This document shows positions 38,245 through 47,240 of a DNA stretch of 64,000 bases, piece by piece; within the stretch, counting starts at the first letter, position 1, and each line of letters begins with the position of its first letter. The DNA lies in IMG/VR virus record IMGVR_UViG_3300024283_000013, positions 2,838-66,837 of that record; one strand, given 5' to 3'. The stretch is from a virus (taxonomy: Duplodnaviria; Caudoviricetes). The notes under the pieces are model-generated. The model worked only from the letters and a program-made list of their open reading frames with translations. It searched no databases and was not told where the DNA came from. A program made the translations under genes and the position numbers.

Positions 38245-38451
38245 TTACCACGTCGCAATCTCCGGGAATCTATCCGGCGGAGCGGAGGAGCAGGCAGACG
38301 CCGGCTTACCCGTCTGGAACTGCTCGATCACGCACGCGATCTTCCCCCACTTCTCCGGGTCGATCACCGCCAGGCGATTGAGCGCGACTCCGTGCTCCGC
38401 CCACCAAAGCTCCCACTTGGCCCGGGAGCGCCAACCGACGGGGATGTCCAT
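38245..38451 (-). CDS. Hypothetical protein
   Basis: TGATG coupling; MDIPVGW. Confidence 0.5.
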   Translation of the reverse strand: MDIPVGWRSRAKWELWWAEHGVALNRLAVIDPEKWGKIACVIEQFQTGKPASACSSAPPDRFPEIATW

Positions 38452-38660
38452 CAACCGTCTTTCCACAATTGGGCGCGCACGGCGCAGTCCTTGGCCTCAA
38501 GGAGCTTGCGAAGCGCCACCGTCCGTTCTGGATTGCGAGGCAAGGTCTCGACGACCATGTGGGCCAGTTCCCCGAATGGACGGGAGATAACCTGCAGCGC
38601 CAACGGCAGATGTGCAAATTCGAAGAATTGAAGCAGGGGCTCGTTCAATGTCGCCTCCAT
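38451..38660 (-). CDS. Conserved small phage protein
   Basis: LLQFFEFAHLP...LPRNPERTVALRKLLEAKDCAVRA family, widespread in phages. Confidence 0.75.
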   Translation of the reverse strand: MEATLNEPLLQFFEFAHLPLALQVISRPFGELAHMVVETLPRNPERTVALRKLLEAKDCAVRAQLWKDG

Positions 38661-38839
38661 GGTGGGAACAGTTCGTCTCTCGCTTCGCGCGCCGCCTGCC
38701 AGTCACGGTACAGCCCACGCGATGCCTCGTCGCCCAGGAAGACGTAGGTGCTCTGCTGCCCGGCGAGAACGGATGTGATGTAGCTGGTGTAGCGCTGCCA
38801 CGCGAACACCTCAGCCGCGACGATGTCGGCCTCGGTCAC
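38645..38839 (-). CDS. Hypothetical protein
   Basis: GTGA coupling. Confidence 0.5.
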   Translation of the reverse strand: MTEADIVAAEVFAWQRYTSYITSVLAGQQSTYVFLGDEASRGLYRDWQAAREARDELFPPWRRH

Positions 38840-39081
38840 GCTGCGGCTCTCTGCATCGCGACGTAAATCTTCGTGACCAGAATCTCCACCGCCTCCCACG
38901 ACTGCGGAAGGCCGTCGGCGCTGATGGCGCTCACCCCCGCCGCCACCATTGCGGGCGACACCGAATGCACCTGCTTGCTGGCAAAGAAGCCCGCCTTCTC
39001 CATGATCTCATGGACCTCTTCCGACGGCGCCGGATACGCCAGAACGCCCGTCACGACATCGTCTCGACATTGCCTAGACAT
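38836..39081 (-). CDS. Hypothetical protein
   Basis: ORF in a coupled series. Confidence 0.5.
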   Translation of the reverse strand: MSRQCRDDVVTGVLAYPAPSEEVHEIMEKAGFFASKQVHSVSPAMVAAGVSAISADGLPQSWEAVEILVTKIYVAMQRAAA

Positions 39082-39352
39082 TGCCCGTCTCCTTCTGTTG
39101 AAGCACGTCGATCAGTTCCAAGACCAGCGTGCGGTTCCGCGGCGACATGCACTCGAGAACATGGTGCATATTGAGAAGCCACTTCATGTTCTCGTCGTCG
39201 CCCTTCACCACCTCGTAGGTCGTGAACCGCCCGAAGCACTTCATGCACAGGCGGCGGCGCCGGATATACGCATCCGCCGGCCGCGAGTCCTTGACCTCGG
39301 TGTCGGGGCACTGGCAGTGCGGGCAGACGATGCCTGTGCCGTAGGCTTTCAT
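39074..39352 (-). CDS. NrdR-type N-terminal Zn-ribbon protein (no ATP-cone)
   Basis: CPHC...TEVKDSR...[18 protein letters not shown]. Confidence 0.8.
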   Translation of the reverse strand: MKAYGTGIVCPHCQCPDTEVKDSRPADAYIRRRRLCMKCFGRFTTYEVVKGDDENMKWLLNMHHVLECMSPRNRTLVLELIDVLQQKETGNV

Positions 39353-39534
39353 CTCATTCTCCAGTTCGCCAGGAAGACCAAAAGACCGACGAGTCCGGCC
39401 GACGCTAGAAAACAGAGGATCAGGAAGACAAATCCCTTCGCCACTTCCTTCCAAGTTAAATCGATGCCACTTCCTGAAGAGCACCTACGACGCGGCCCTC
39501 GCTTCACGAAGTCGGAGACAGGATCGTTCGTCAT
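39349..39534 (-). CDS. Small membrane protein
   Basis: Hydrophobic C-terminal helix; ATGA coupling. Confidence 0.5.
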   Translation of the reverse strand: MTNDPVSDFVKRGPRRRCSSGSGIDLTWKEVAKGFVFLILCFLASAGLVGLLVFLANWRMR

Positions 39535-39558
39535 TTTGGTGACTTGAAAGTTCAGTGC

Positions 39559-39987
39559 TCACGCGGACACCTTCTTTGGCTCAATCTTTGTGACGGTGCG
39601 TCGACTGTCGGACAGCACTGCCCGGCAGGCATCGGCGAGAGAGTCGTATTGATGCGTACCGCCGAGCGTGTCGTGAGAAGGCGACCACGTCACTTCCCAG
39701 ACTTCCCGCGTCGCAGGCTTCGTCAGTTCGGCGCGAAGGCCGCGGTAGGCTTCTGCTGCTGCGTTTAACCCTGAGCGGGCTGCTGCACTCCAGCAATTCC
39801 GCATCCTGCAAAGTATCTCCGGCGTCGGCTCCTCTGGCAGCACTGGCCGCGCCAGCAGTCGGCGGAGGGTGGTCTTGTGCGGCCCGCTGATGGGGAAATC
39901 TTTTTCGTTTCTCTCGGCCCACAAGAAGGCCTGATCCAGCCACGCCATCGCGTCGCGCTCTTCCTCCGGGGAGACGGGGGCGGTCAT
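39559..39987 (-). CDS. Hypothetical protein
   Basis: Start MTAPVS at 39987, ATGA coupling. Confidence 0.55.
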   Translation of the reverse strand: MTAPVSPEEERDAMAWLDQAFLWAERNEKDFPISGPHKTTLRRLLARPVLPEEPTPEILCRMRNCWSAAARSGLNAAAEAYRGLRAELTKPATREVWEVTWSPSHDTLGGTHQYDSLADACRAVLSDSRRTVTKIEPKKVSA

Positions 39988-40370
39988 GCTTCCTCCTTCT
40001 CTGCAATAGCGGCCCGCGCCCGGAGAGCGGCGGCGCACAGGGCGAGAGCAAGCGTCTTGGCTGTTGCTGCCCATTCATTATCTGGATCAAGCGCGAGAGC
40101 GGAACGTCTCCAATCCCAAAGGCGAGCGCGCCTAAGTGCTTTATCTCCAGCCGCTGAATAAGCCAATTCGTAACTCCGATGCTCCGGCACCAGCGTCACG
40201 GCGGCGTCGAGGCTGGTGGTAAACTTCGGCGTGTCGCCCTTTGGTCGACGCCAATCACGATGCGGCGTGTACCAGCCGATCGCCTCCGCTATCGCGCAGT
40301 CCAGATCCCAACTCGGCTCCTCCCGCTCGCACCGCTCGGCCAGAGCCAGTAATTGCTTCGTGTTCGTCAT
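39984..40370 (-). CDS. Phage ABA-sandwich-like protein
   Basis: DLDCAIAEAIGW...PKFTTSLDAAVTLVP...TLALALCAAALRA. Confidence 0.6.
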   Translation of the reverse strand: MTNTKQLLALAERCEREEPSWDLDCAIAEAIGWYTPHRDWRRPKGDTPKFTTSLDAAVTLVPEHRSYELAYSAAGDKALRRARLWDWRRSALALDPDNEWAATAKTLALALCAAALRARAAIAEKEEA

Positions 40371-42596
40371 GCCGCCCTCTGTTCCGGGATCGGTTGATGG
40401 GCGACGGTGAGATCGGCGACGGTTGCATCGCGCCAACGCACCACGTGATCGCTCGTGACCGTGCCGCAGAACCAAGTGATGATGCCGGCTTCCTCGATCT
40501 GCAGGATGAGACAGTCGCCCGGACCAATGCGGTGGCGCCAGCGACCTGTGGGTTTCGGGCGGGTCATGCCGCGACCCATGCGATCATCAGCATGATGCTG
40601 GGCAACAGGGTGGTGGAGAGCAACCGCGCGACAGGGCCGCTGTACAGGCCGCGCCAGGGATCGACCGGAAGGCCCGCGCCCATGATGATAGGACCGCATG
40701 TCATGCCGACACCTTTGGATAATGCGGGCCCGTGATCTCGATGTGCTTGTAGAGAAGACAGCGAGCCTCCTCCGCCAGTTTTTCCGCTATTTCATAGGAA
40801 GAGGCGCGCGGCTCACCCGCCCATGAATTGTCATGCGCCTCGAACCACACCAGCCACACCGGAACGCGCTTGGTCTTCATATCTTTTCCCTCCCGAATCC
40901 CGCACCAGCCGCCTTCATCGCTTCAAGGAACCGCGCATCCTCGGCATCCCGCCGACGGCGCCGCTCCTCCTGAATAACGTCGTCGATCGTCGGCGCCAGC
41001 CCGAGCTGCTTCTGGACAGCCGCGACCGCCGCCACCAGCAGCCCGAAGTCCCGCTCGAGATCGCTCATCGCCCTTCCTCCGCCCGCTTGATCAGCCGCGC
41101 AACCTGCTGCCCGATCACCATCGCCTCCTCGCGCCTGGCCCGCAGGATCGACTTCGCCGGCTCGTCCGCCTTCTCGACCTGATAGGTCCACGAGATCGCC
41201 CGCTGGCCGAGCCAGGCCTGAAGCTCGGCAAGAAGGTCGCTCACGGCTTCCCCGCCAGGCCGCAGTAGCCGCCATCGGGCTCGTCAGGCTCCGGGACATC
41301 GGGGTACTGCCGGACGGCGATCATGTCGGGATCGGTGCCCTTCGGATGCCATCTCCACGCCATGCAGGCAGAGCCGATGCAGCGCACTTCTTGTTCGTCT
41401 TCGGAGCGCTGGGGACGGATGAAACGATTCATGCCTCCCAGACCACTTGTCGATGATCCCAGTCGCGCGAACGGGCACCACTTGGTCTTGGCTTCTTCCT
41501 CGATCACAGGTCGCCCTCCACCATCTGCCGCTCCCCCTCACGGTAGGTCCGCCACGCCGCGCACAGCCCCAGCCACACCGCCCGCACCCGGAACGGATCT
41601 TCCAGCAGATTGCGAACCCGCTGCCGCTTGAACCCGACCTTGTTATCCAGCGCGTCGAGGAACGCCTCCTGATACGCCCGAACCGCCGCCTCGATCTCCG
41701 CCTCGCTCATCGCGGCACCTCCGGAAACTTCGGCCAGAACTTCGTCCCCGGCTTCGCGTACCGGATGATCCCGTAAACCGTCGTCCGGCGAAGCACATGA
41801 ACCCGAACCCAGTTCACCACCCGCAGCGCCAGCGGAACCTGCATCCACAAAGGTACGCTCACGTCTTCGCCCTCCGCTCGAGCATCACCGCCAGCCGAAA
41901 CCCCAGGAAGAACGCCCCGACCGCCGCCTGCACCGGCGCCTGCCACCCAGGAAGCCGAACCCCGCCCAGAACATCCTCGATTGCATGCTCTTGCAGAACC
42001 AGCCCCGGAGGCTGAGACCAGTCATTCGCATGCAACAGCGCCACGAACCGCTCCGCCAACTCCCGCGACGTCATTTCAACTCCTGCAGTAGATCCCATAA
42101 AACAGTTCCAGGGCGCTCCTTCGTCCGAGCCGCCTCAAATGACACCGCTTTCTTCAATGCCAGCAGGAAATTGCTCGCAACCTCCTCCGACAACGCCTCA
42201 GGCGTCGGCCGTGTATGGAAGTCGATGTTGATCGCCTGAAACAACAGGTGCCGCCTCATTTCAGCCCCCGCTCCAGCAACTCCCGAATCGCCGCCGTCCG
42301 CGTTTCCAGCCCCGCCACCCGCCACCATTCGTCCAGCCGCTCGAGCAGCCCCGGCGGCAGCGCCACCGAGATCAGCACCCGCTCCGGCCCAGGCGGACGG
42401 CCGCGGCCTCTTTTTTCTCCTCCATCTCCAGAACCCGCAGCCAGCACCCCGCCGCTTCCGCCAGCACCCGAGCCTCCGCCACGTCCAGCGTCACCACCTC
42501 GATCTCTTCGCGCTGCAGCCTTGGCCCTCGGTACAGCCGCACCTTCTGCCTTACCTCCAACTGCGCGATCGCTAGACGCAATGCCTCGTTTGCCAT
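40367..42596 (-). other. Run of about 11 short translationally coupled ORFs (40367-40567, 40564-40704, 40701-40880, 40877-41068, 41065-41244, 41241-41507, 41504-41710, 41707-41862, 41859-42074, 42071-42259, 42372-42596)
   Basis: Nearly all joined by ATGA/GTGA overlaps; 41241-41507 has the WCPF...CIGSACMAWRW...GYCGLAG family motif. Confidence 0.6.
42256..42378 (-). CDS. Ribbon-helix-helix DNA-binding protein
   Basis: VLISVALPPGLLERLDEWW...TRTAAIRELLERGL; start uncertain (GTG 42378, or frameshifted from ATG 42425). Confidence 0.65.
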   Translation of the reverse strand: MLISVALPPGLLERLDEWWRVAGLETRTAAIRELLERGLK

Positions 42597-42623
42597 TCCG
42601 CTTCCCCTCAGGCTTCGCCCTGA

Positions 42624-43190
42624 TCACGACAACCACCCCCAATTCGCCCCCCGCCCAATCCCCCGGATCAGGCTGTCCGAAACCCCGTACTCCAACGCCA
42701 GCTCCGCAGGATGACACCGACGGTCAATCCCCCACCACTTCAGCCGCTTCCGAATCTCTCGCACCTGATCCTCCGTCAGCTTCGCCCGCGCATGCCGGGA
42801 CCCACGCGCCCACGGCGCCGGCTGCCCCCGCCGCTTCTCCGCCGCAACAATCCGTCCCGCCAAATGTCGACCCTTCGCATACTGGTCCGCCATGTTCTCC
42901 GCATGCGTCCCGCACCACAGATGACCAGGCTCGAAACACAGCCCGTTGTCACACCGATGCAGAACATCCAACCCCCCCGGAATCGCACCCACAAAAACCT
43001 CCCACGCCAGCCGGTGCACGTACTGAACCCGCTCCCCATCCCACAGCCGACCGTACTCCAGCCTCAACCCACCCCGCGCCCGACCCGTAAACTCCAAGCA
43101 CCCAACCCCGCCCCACCCCCGCTCCAAGCTCCTCCGCCCACGCGACATCAACCGCCGCCTCACCAACTCATCAGGATGCCGCATGCCCAT
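42624..43190 (-). CDS. HNH endonuclease with C-terminal HTH
   Basis: YVHRLAWEVFVGAIPGGLDVLHRCDNGLCFEPGHLWCGTHAENMAD; KLTEDQVREIR. Confidence 0.85.
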   Translation of the reverse strand: MGMRHPDELVRRRLMSRGRRSLERGWGGVGCLEFTGRARGGLRLEYGRLWDGERVQYVHRLAWEVFVGAIPGGLDVLHRCDNGLCFEPGHLWCGTHAENMADQYAKGRHLAGRIVAAEKRRGQPAPWARGSRHARAKLTEDQVREIRKRLKWWGIDRRCHPAELALEYGVSDSLIRGIGRGANWGWLS

Positions 43191-43196
43191 GAATTC

Positions 43197-43244
43197 AATA
43201 TACGTATATTTCCTCCATCCTCGTCAATTAAATATACGCATATT
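43197..43244. promoter_or_regulatory. Two copies of a palindromic operator-like site overlapping a leftward promoter
   Basis: AATATACGTATATT (43197-43210, perfect palindrome) and AATATACGCATATT (43231-43244); TTGACG at 43227-43222, TATATT at 43202-43197. Confidence 0.6.
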
Positions 43245-43549
43245 TTCCACAGATTTCGAAATATATCTATTTTTTACAGGAAACCCACATTTTTACGGGA
43301 TTTTGGGCGGAAGACGCGGCAGGACCGTAACGTCCCGACCCAGGCGAGGGTGGGGCGGGTCAGCGAAGTCGATCTGGAGCCCAGCCTAGGGCGCGGCTCG
43401 ACCTGCCTCATGGCTGGCAGGGCACACAACACGCCTATGGCAACGATGCTCGCATAATGGCCATTGTGGAGTGCTGACTATCGTTGAATATCAACGACTT
43501 AGGCCAACGATGGCGCAAGGGCCTCCGTGAGCGCTGCTCGAACCACAAG

Positions 43550-44110
43550 CTATGGTGTGTCGTCCGCACCGTCATCTTTGACCGGCCGCGCCTCAACCAG
43601 CTTGGCATCGTCCCCGGGCTGCCTGGCTTCCAGCTTCATCGCCTCCTTGATGATGGCCACGAGGTCGACATGGCTGCCCTCCTCAACGACCTTCCGATCG
43701 CGCCAGCGCTTGCCCTGGCGGTTCGTCAGCCACAGCGTGATCATCGCATCAGAAGGCGGGATATAGCGTTCCTTTTCAATGACTTGGACGCCGTTTGGCC
43801 CAGTCACCTTGGCACGCTCTTTGACCTTGTATCCCTGCGTCCGGCGGAAGGCAGATCGCACGACCCGGACATCGGCGCCCTCACGACTTGCATTGATGGC
43901 CTTATCAAAAGGCGGGTAATCCACTCGCCACCGCGCGATTTGGGCCTGATCGACGTTGAAGGCCTCGGCGAGATCTGCGTCGGAAGCGCCGAGGAGGCAC
44001 ATATCCTTGGCTCTAGTGACGAAGCCCCAGTGCCATTGGCTTTGTAGGCCAACGCCTAGATCAACATCCGCTTGCCTGCGCTCCTGATACGCTCGTGTTT
44101 GACCGCCCAT
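43550..44110 (-). CDS. terS: Terminase small subunit
   Basis: LLGASDADLAEAFNV...IARW...PPF; KERYIPPSDAMITLWLTNRQGKRWRDR. Confidence 0.8.
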   Translation of the reverse strand: MGGQTRAYQERRQADVDLGVGLQSQWHWGFVTRAKDMCLLGASDADLAEAFNVDQAQIARWRVDYPPFDKAINASREGADVRVVRSAFRRTQGYKVKERAKVTGPNGVQVIEKERYIPPSDAMITLWLTNRQGKRWRDRKVVEEGSHVDLVAIIKEAMKLEARQPGDDAKLVEARPVKDDGADDTP

Positions 44111-44167
44111 GGTGGCGGGAAGTGTACGCTGGGGCGGGTTTGTTGCGCTAGTGGGAGAATTGCTAGG

Positions 44168-44389
44168 CTAGCGTGCGGCTGGGCGCATGACGCGAAGAGC
44201 CGCTTGGGCGTGGCTGGGCGAGGGAAACTCCATAGCACCGTCGCTGGCCGTCTGGTAGCCCCAGCCGCCGAAGGGGTCGAACCTCGACACCCGGCCCCAT
44301 GTGATGCGGTCTAGGATGGCACAGCGATAGAGATTGCCCAGTTCGGCACTGTTGGCGAGCGCTTGCCAGACGCGGCTATCGGGCATCAT
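44168..44389 (-). CDS. Hypothetical protein
   Basis: TGATG-coupled ORF. Confidence 0.4.
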   Translation of the reverse strand: MMPDSRVWQALANSAELGNLYRCAILDRITWGRVSRFDPFGGWGYQTASDGAMEFPSPSHAQAALRVMRPAAR

Positions 44390-44808
44390 CAGCCGACCGT
44401 GGGTTCAGGCCAGCGCTGGCGGGGAGCTGGCACCCGGACGCGGATCTTGCCGTGCTGGCGGATGAAGGCCGCAAGGCCATCGGGATCGAACCGGGACCAG
44501 ACCATGTAGCAGTGTTGGGAGATCGACTGCATGGGCCAGATCATAGCACAGGCGAGGATAGGGCGCATTTGGCCACCTGCTCGAGAAAGCGCGCCAGGTT
44601 GTCGGGCCGCCGGGCATCCCTGGATAGCCGGCGCCATACTCGGGCATCGGGCATCATGGCCAACCCACCGCATATCTGATAGCTCCCATGGCGACGCTGG
44701 CCATGGAGCTTGAACCCACCGCGATCGACCGCGGCCGCCAAGGTGCGCTCGCGCAGATCGCAGGCCAGGACACGCTGCAGAACAGCACCCATCGCAATTG
44801 CCGGCGCG

Positions 44809-45159
44809 TCATGGCTTGCGCCTCAGGAAGCCGGGCATATCAGGCCATTCCGTAGTGGTCACCAGCGGCGCCCCAGATTGCTTGGGCAGGCTCGCCGAGA
44901 TCGCGCGCAATTGAGCCATTAGGCCATCAGGCGGCCATGGCGAAGTTGCCTCTGTGTCTGCGATGGTGTCGACATAGACCAGCCGCACGGTGCGATAGCT
45001 ACGAGCCTTGACGCGGATGCGCGGGCGATAGCCCGCAGGAGGCATCGCCAGCCTGTCCCGCAATGTCGTGCGCGCCTTGGCCATCCAGCTTTCGCCTTCC
45101 CGGCCATATAGCCACGCGCCATCGATTCGTGTCCATTCGTCCGGCCCGGGATCGATCAT
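44809..45159 (-). CDS. Hypothetical protein
   Basis: ATGA-coupled to the Cro-like gene; ends PDMPGFLRRK. Confidence 0.55.
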   Translation of the reverse strand: MIDPGPDEWTRIDGAWLYGREGESWMAKARTTLRDRLAMPPAGYRPRIRVKARSYRTVRLVYVDTIADTEATSPWPPDGLMAQLRAISASLPKQSGAPLVTTTEWPDMPGFLRRKP

Positions 45160-45374
45160 GCTGCAGCCTTGCGAGCTGGAGCTTTGAGCCAAGAGGCAGG
45201 CAGCTTGGCCCCGTGCCTATTGGCCAGAAGCCACAAATAGGCGCGGCCTTCGGCGCTTACGCCTATCTTTTGCCAGTTGAAAAGCCGCTGGCGCGTAATG
45301 CCCATGGCCTTTGCAGCCTTGTTGGCGTTGCCTTCCGCTTCGATGACGAAGGCGAGAGCCTGTTCAGGTGTCAT
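45156..45374 (-). CDS. Cro-like HTH regulator (probably leaderless mRNA)
   Basis: GNANKAAKAMGITRQRLFNW..GV; start ATG 45374 is 7 nt after a TAGTAT -10. Confidence 0.75.
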   Translation of the reverse strand: MTPEQALAFVIEAEGNANKAAKAMGITRQRLFNWQKIGVSAEGRAYLWLLANRHGAKLPASWLKAPARKAAA

Positions 45375-45381
45375 GCTGCCA

Positions 45382-45446
45382 ATACTAACCACGCGAAAAT
45401 AAATTGTCAAAGGGTGTTGACCCGAGTGTCAAAGGTCGTTTACAAG
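45382..45446. promoter_or_regulatory. Back-to-back sigma70 promoters with two 18-bp operator repeats
   Basis: Leftward TTGACA-17-TAGTAT (45410-45382); rightward TTGACC-18-TACAAG (45417-45446); repeats TGTCAAAGGGTGTTGACC and TGTCAAAGGTCGTTTACA, 22 bp apart. Confidence 0.75.
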
Positions 45447-45468
45447 TCTCCCTAGCACAGGAGATCAC

Positions 45469-45627
45469 ATGGCCACCCTCGCAATCGCAGCTGCTACCAG
45501 CGTCATCCTCGCAGCCTCATTCGACCGTCCCCGCGTCAGCCGAGTCGTGAGCGTGCGCAAGGTTGGCGGGATCTGGTTCGCCCGCGCAGGCTTCCTCCGC
45601 TTTTCGTTTTGTGTCGCTCGCCGCTAA
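45469..45627 (+). CDS. 52-aa hypothetical protein
   Basis: Hand-translated MATLAIAAA...RKVGGIWFARAGFLRFSFCVARR; RBS GCACAGGAGA. Confidence 0.65.
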   Translation: MATLAIAAATSVILAASFDRPRVSRVVSVRKVGGIWFARAGFLRFSFCVARR

Positions 45628-45641
45628 CAGGAGACAGGACA

Positions 45642-45827
45642 ATGGCAACCGTGACCTTGAACGAGTGTAAGGCATATGCCGCGCGGATGCTTAATTCCAT
45701 TCGCGCAAGCGAAGGCAACGCGCCCTACAGCGACGCCGAGATAAGCGCATGGTGGGACGAATTGCTCCCGACCGAGCGAGTCGAATGGGAAGACGACGCT
45801 TTGGCCGACAGGATGGACCGCACATAG
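45642..45827 (+). CDS. Acidic 61-aa hypothetical protein
   Basis: RBS ACAGGAGA; start MATVTL. Confidence 0.65.
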   Translation: MATVTLNECKAYAARMLNSIRASEGNAPYSDAEISAWWDELLPTERVEWEDDALADRMDRT

Positions 45828-45830
45828 CCA

Positions 45831-45877
45831 CTGCCCTTCATCCATGCCCTGCCTCGCAGGGCATCAGTGAACAGCAG
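45831..45877 (+). repeat. Intergenic hairpin, type I, copy A
   Basis: CTGC-CC-TTCA-TCC-ATGCCCTGC-CTC-GCAGGGCAT-CAG-TGAA-CA-GCAG. Confidence 0.7.
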
Positions 45878-45900
45878 GAACGACAACACAGGAGACCGAC

Positions 45901-46215
45901 ATGCGTTTTTACGTTGCTCAGCTTCACGCCGGCCACTGGTACGTATGCGAGACCACTCGCGAGACACAGGCCGGATACAGCGTCCCATGGCACCTACAGC
46001 ATGCTTACGATACCAAGGCGGAGGCAGAAGCCGCTCGCGTTGCCGCTAACGAAGCACTCGGCAGCCCCACGCGCGAATTGTGCAAGGCGATCTTGCTGGA
46101 AGCAGGTTGGCACATCAGCCGCCACGACATGGCTGATTACTACCACCACAACCGCCTAGGCCGCGCCCCGCTCTATAGCCGGGAGAAATACGCCAAGCTC
46201 GCCGTCATCCGTTGA
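45901..46215 (+). CDS. Hypothetical protein
   Basis: RBS CACAGGAGA. Confidence 0.7.
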   Translation: MRFYVAQLHAGHWYVCETTRETQAGYSVPWHLQHAYDTKAEAEAARVAANEALGSPTRELCKAILLEAGWHISRHDMADYYHHNRLGRAPLYSREKYAKLAVIR

Positions 46216-46260
46216 CCTTTCCCCCATGCCTCGCCATGGCGGGGCATCATGGAACGATCA
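46213..46260 (+). repeat. Intergenic hairpin, type I, copy B
   Basis: CC-TTTCC-CCC-ATGCCTCGC-CATG-GCGGGGCAT-CAT-GGAA; compensatory change versus copy A. Confidence 0.7.
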
Positions 46261-46272
46261 GAGGAGAGGACA

Positions 46273-46473
46273 ATGGCAAAAGACTACGTTGCAAAAGCCT
46301 ACGAAGCCGACCTCAGGCGCGGCGATGCCAAGCGCGCCGCCGCCCGCGCCATGCTCGCGGCGCTGAAGGGAGTTGTGCGGGTAGCCGATCGCGCTACCGT
46401 CGAATTCGACGCCGCACGCGCCGCTATTGCCGCAGCCGAGGCGGCCGGCATCAAGGAGGAGGCATGCAAGTGA
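46273..46473 (+). CDS. Hypothetical protein
   Basis: GAGGAGAGG RBS; MLAALK...AARAAIAAAE motif common in phage early genes. Confidence 0.65.
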   Translation: MAKDYVAKAYEADLRRGDAKRAAARAMLAALKGVVRVADRATVEFDAARAAIAAAEAAGIKEEACK

Positions 46474-46658
46474 ACGCCTACGAATACGACGACTCCGACC
46501 GCCTGGTCTGCATGGCCCGCCATATCGACCCTCGCAGCATGTTCGACCCGTCCGACCGAGAAGAGATCGCCCGCGTCCTGCGAGACCTCCGCCGCACCGG
46601 GAGCGCCAGCATTGGCGGAGGAGCGGCGCCCTATTTTGTGGTCCTGCGAGTCATCTAG
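46464..46658 (+). CDS. Hypothetical protein
   Basis: AGGAGG RBS; MQVNAYEY...SIGGGAAPYF. Confidence 0.6.
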   Translation: MQVNAYEYDDSDRLVCMARHIDPRSMFDPSDREEIARVLRDLRRTGSASIGGGAAPYFVVLRVI

Positions 46659-46710
46659 CGCCATTGCCCTTAGGAGTCGGGGCTCGCCTCGACTCACTAG
46701 GCCAGCGGCG
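46659..46710 (+). repeat. Intergenic hairpin, type II, copy C
   Basis: CCCTTAG-GAGTCGGGGC-TC-GCCTCGACTC-A-CTAGGCCAGCG. Confidence 0.7.
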
Positions 46711-46737
46711 TAACCGACTGGAGCACAGGAGATCAGC

Positions 46738-47166
46738 ATGGAACTCTACAGCAGCAAATCGAGCAATCCCAAGTGGAACGCCCAGCGCAACCTGCAGGGA
46801 CGGACCCACTACGTTGACGACGACACCCTACGTTACCACAAGTCCCGCGTGCTCTCAGCTCGCCACACCGACAATGGCTTGCTGTTCGCCATCGTTTGCA
46901 GCGATGCCCTCGACTACCAGAACACAAAGCGCGGCTTCCGCTACAGCATCTTCGACCTATTCGGGCATGTCCTCGACCGGCCCGACTTGGAGCACGCCTT
47001 CCGCACAAGCGAACAGGCGACGAAGGCCATGTGGGAAGCGCTCAACAAGATCGACGCCAAGCAGGTGACATTCAACGCCATCACACGCGAGCGCAAGCAG
47101 CAGAACGAGGAACTGGACCGGCTCGCTTGCACTGTCCACGGCATGGTCGACAAGGTCGCCGCCTAG
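46738..47166 (+). CDS. Hypothetical phage early protein (142 aa)
   Basis: RBS GCACAGGAGA; HYVDDDTLRYHKSRV pattern. Confidence 0.75.
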   Translation: MELYSSKSSNPKWNAQRNLQGRTHYVDDDTLRYHKSRVLSARHTDNGLLFAIVCSDALDYQNTKRGFRYSIFDLFGHVLDRPDLEHAFRTSEQATKAMWEALNKIDAKQVTFNAITRERKQQNEELDRLACTVHGMVDKVAA

Positions 47167-47168
47167 CC

Positions 47169-47216
47169 CGCCGCTCCCCTTAGCCCATGGTCAGAGCATG
47201 GGCCTAGGGCAGCGAC
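47169..47216 (+). repeat. Intergenic hairpin, type II, copy D
   Basis: CCCTTAG-CCCATG-GTCAGAG-CATGGG-C-CTAGGGCAGCG. Confidence 0.7.
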
Positions 47217-47240
47217 GACGCTGCAGCACAGGAGACACCA

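Noticed and set aside
44470-44540. tRNA-like GGTTCGATCCC on the minus strand
   Set aside because: Only 3 of 5 T-stem pairs, no acceptor stem or D-arm, and it lies within an ORF.
44168-44657. Duplicated starts MMPDARVW (44657) and MMPDSRVW (44389) with SRFDP motifs
   Set aside because: Similarity is limited to about 25 nt and the ORFs do not align beyond it; too weak to call a duplication.
45831-47216. Integron attC sites as the identity of the hairpins
   Set aside because: No RYYYAAC/GTTRRRY cores and no integron integrase; kept only as unassigned structured elements.
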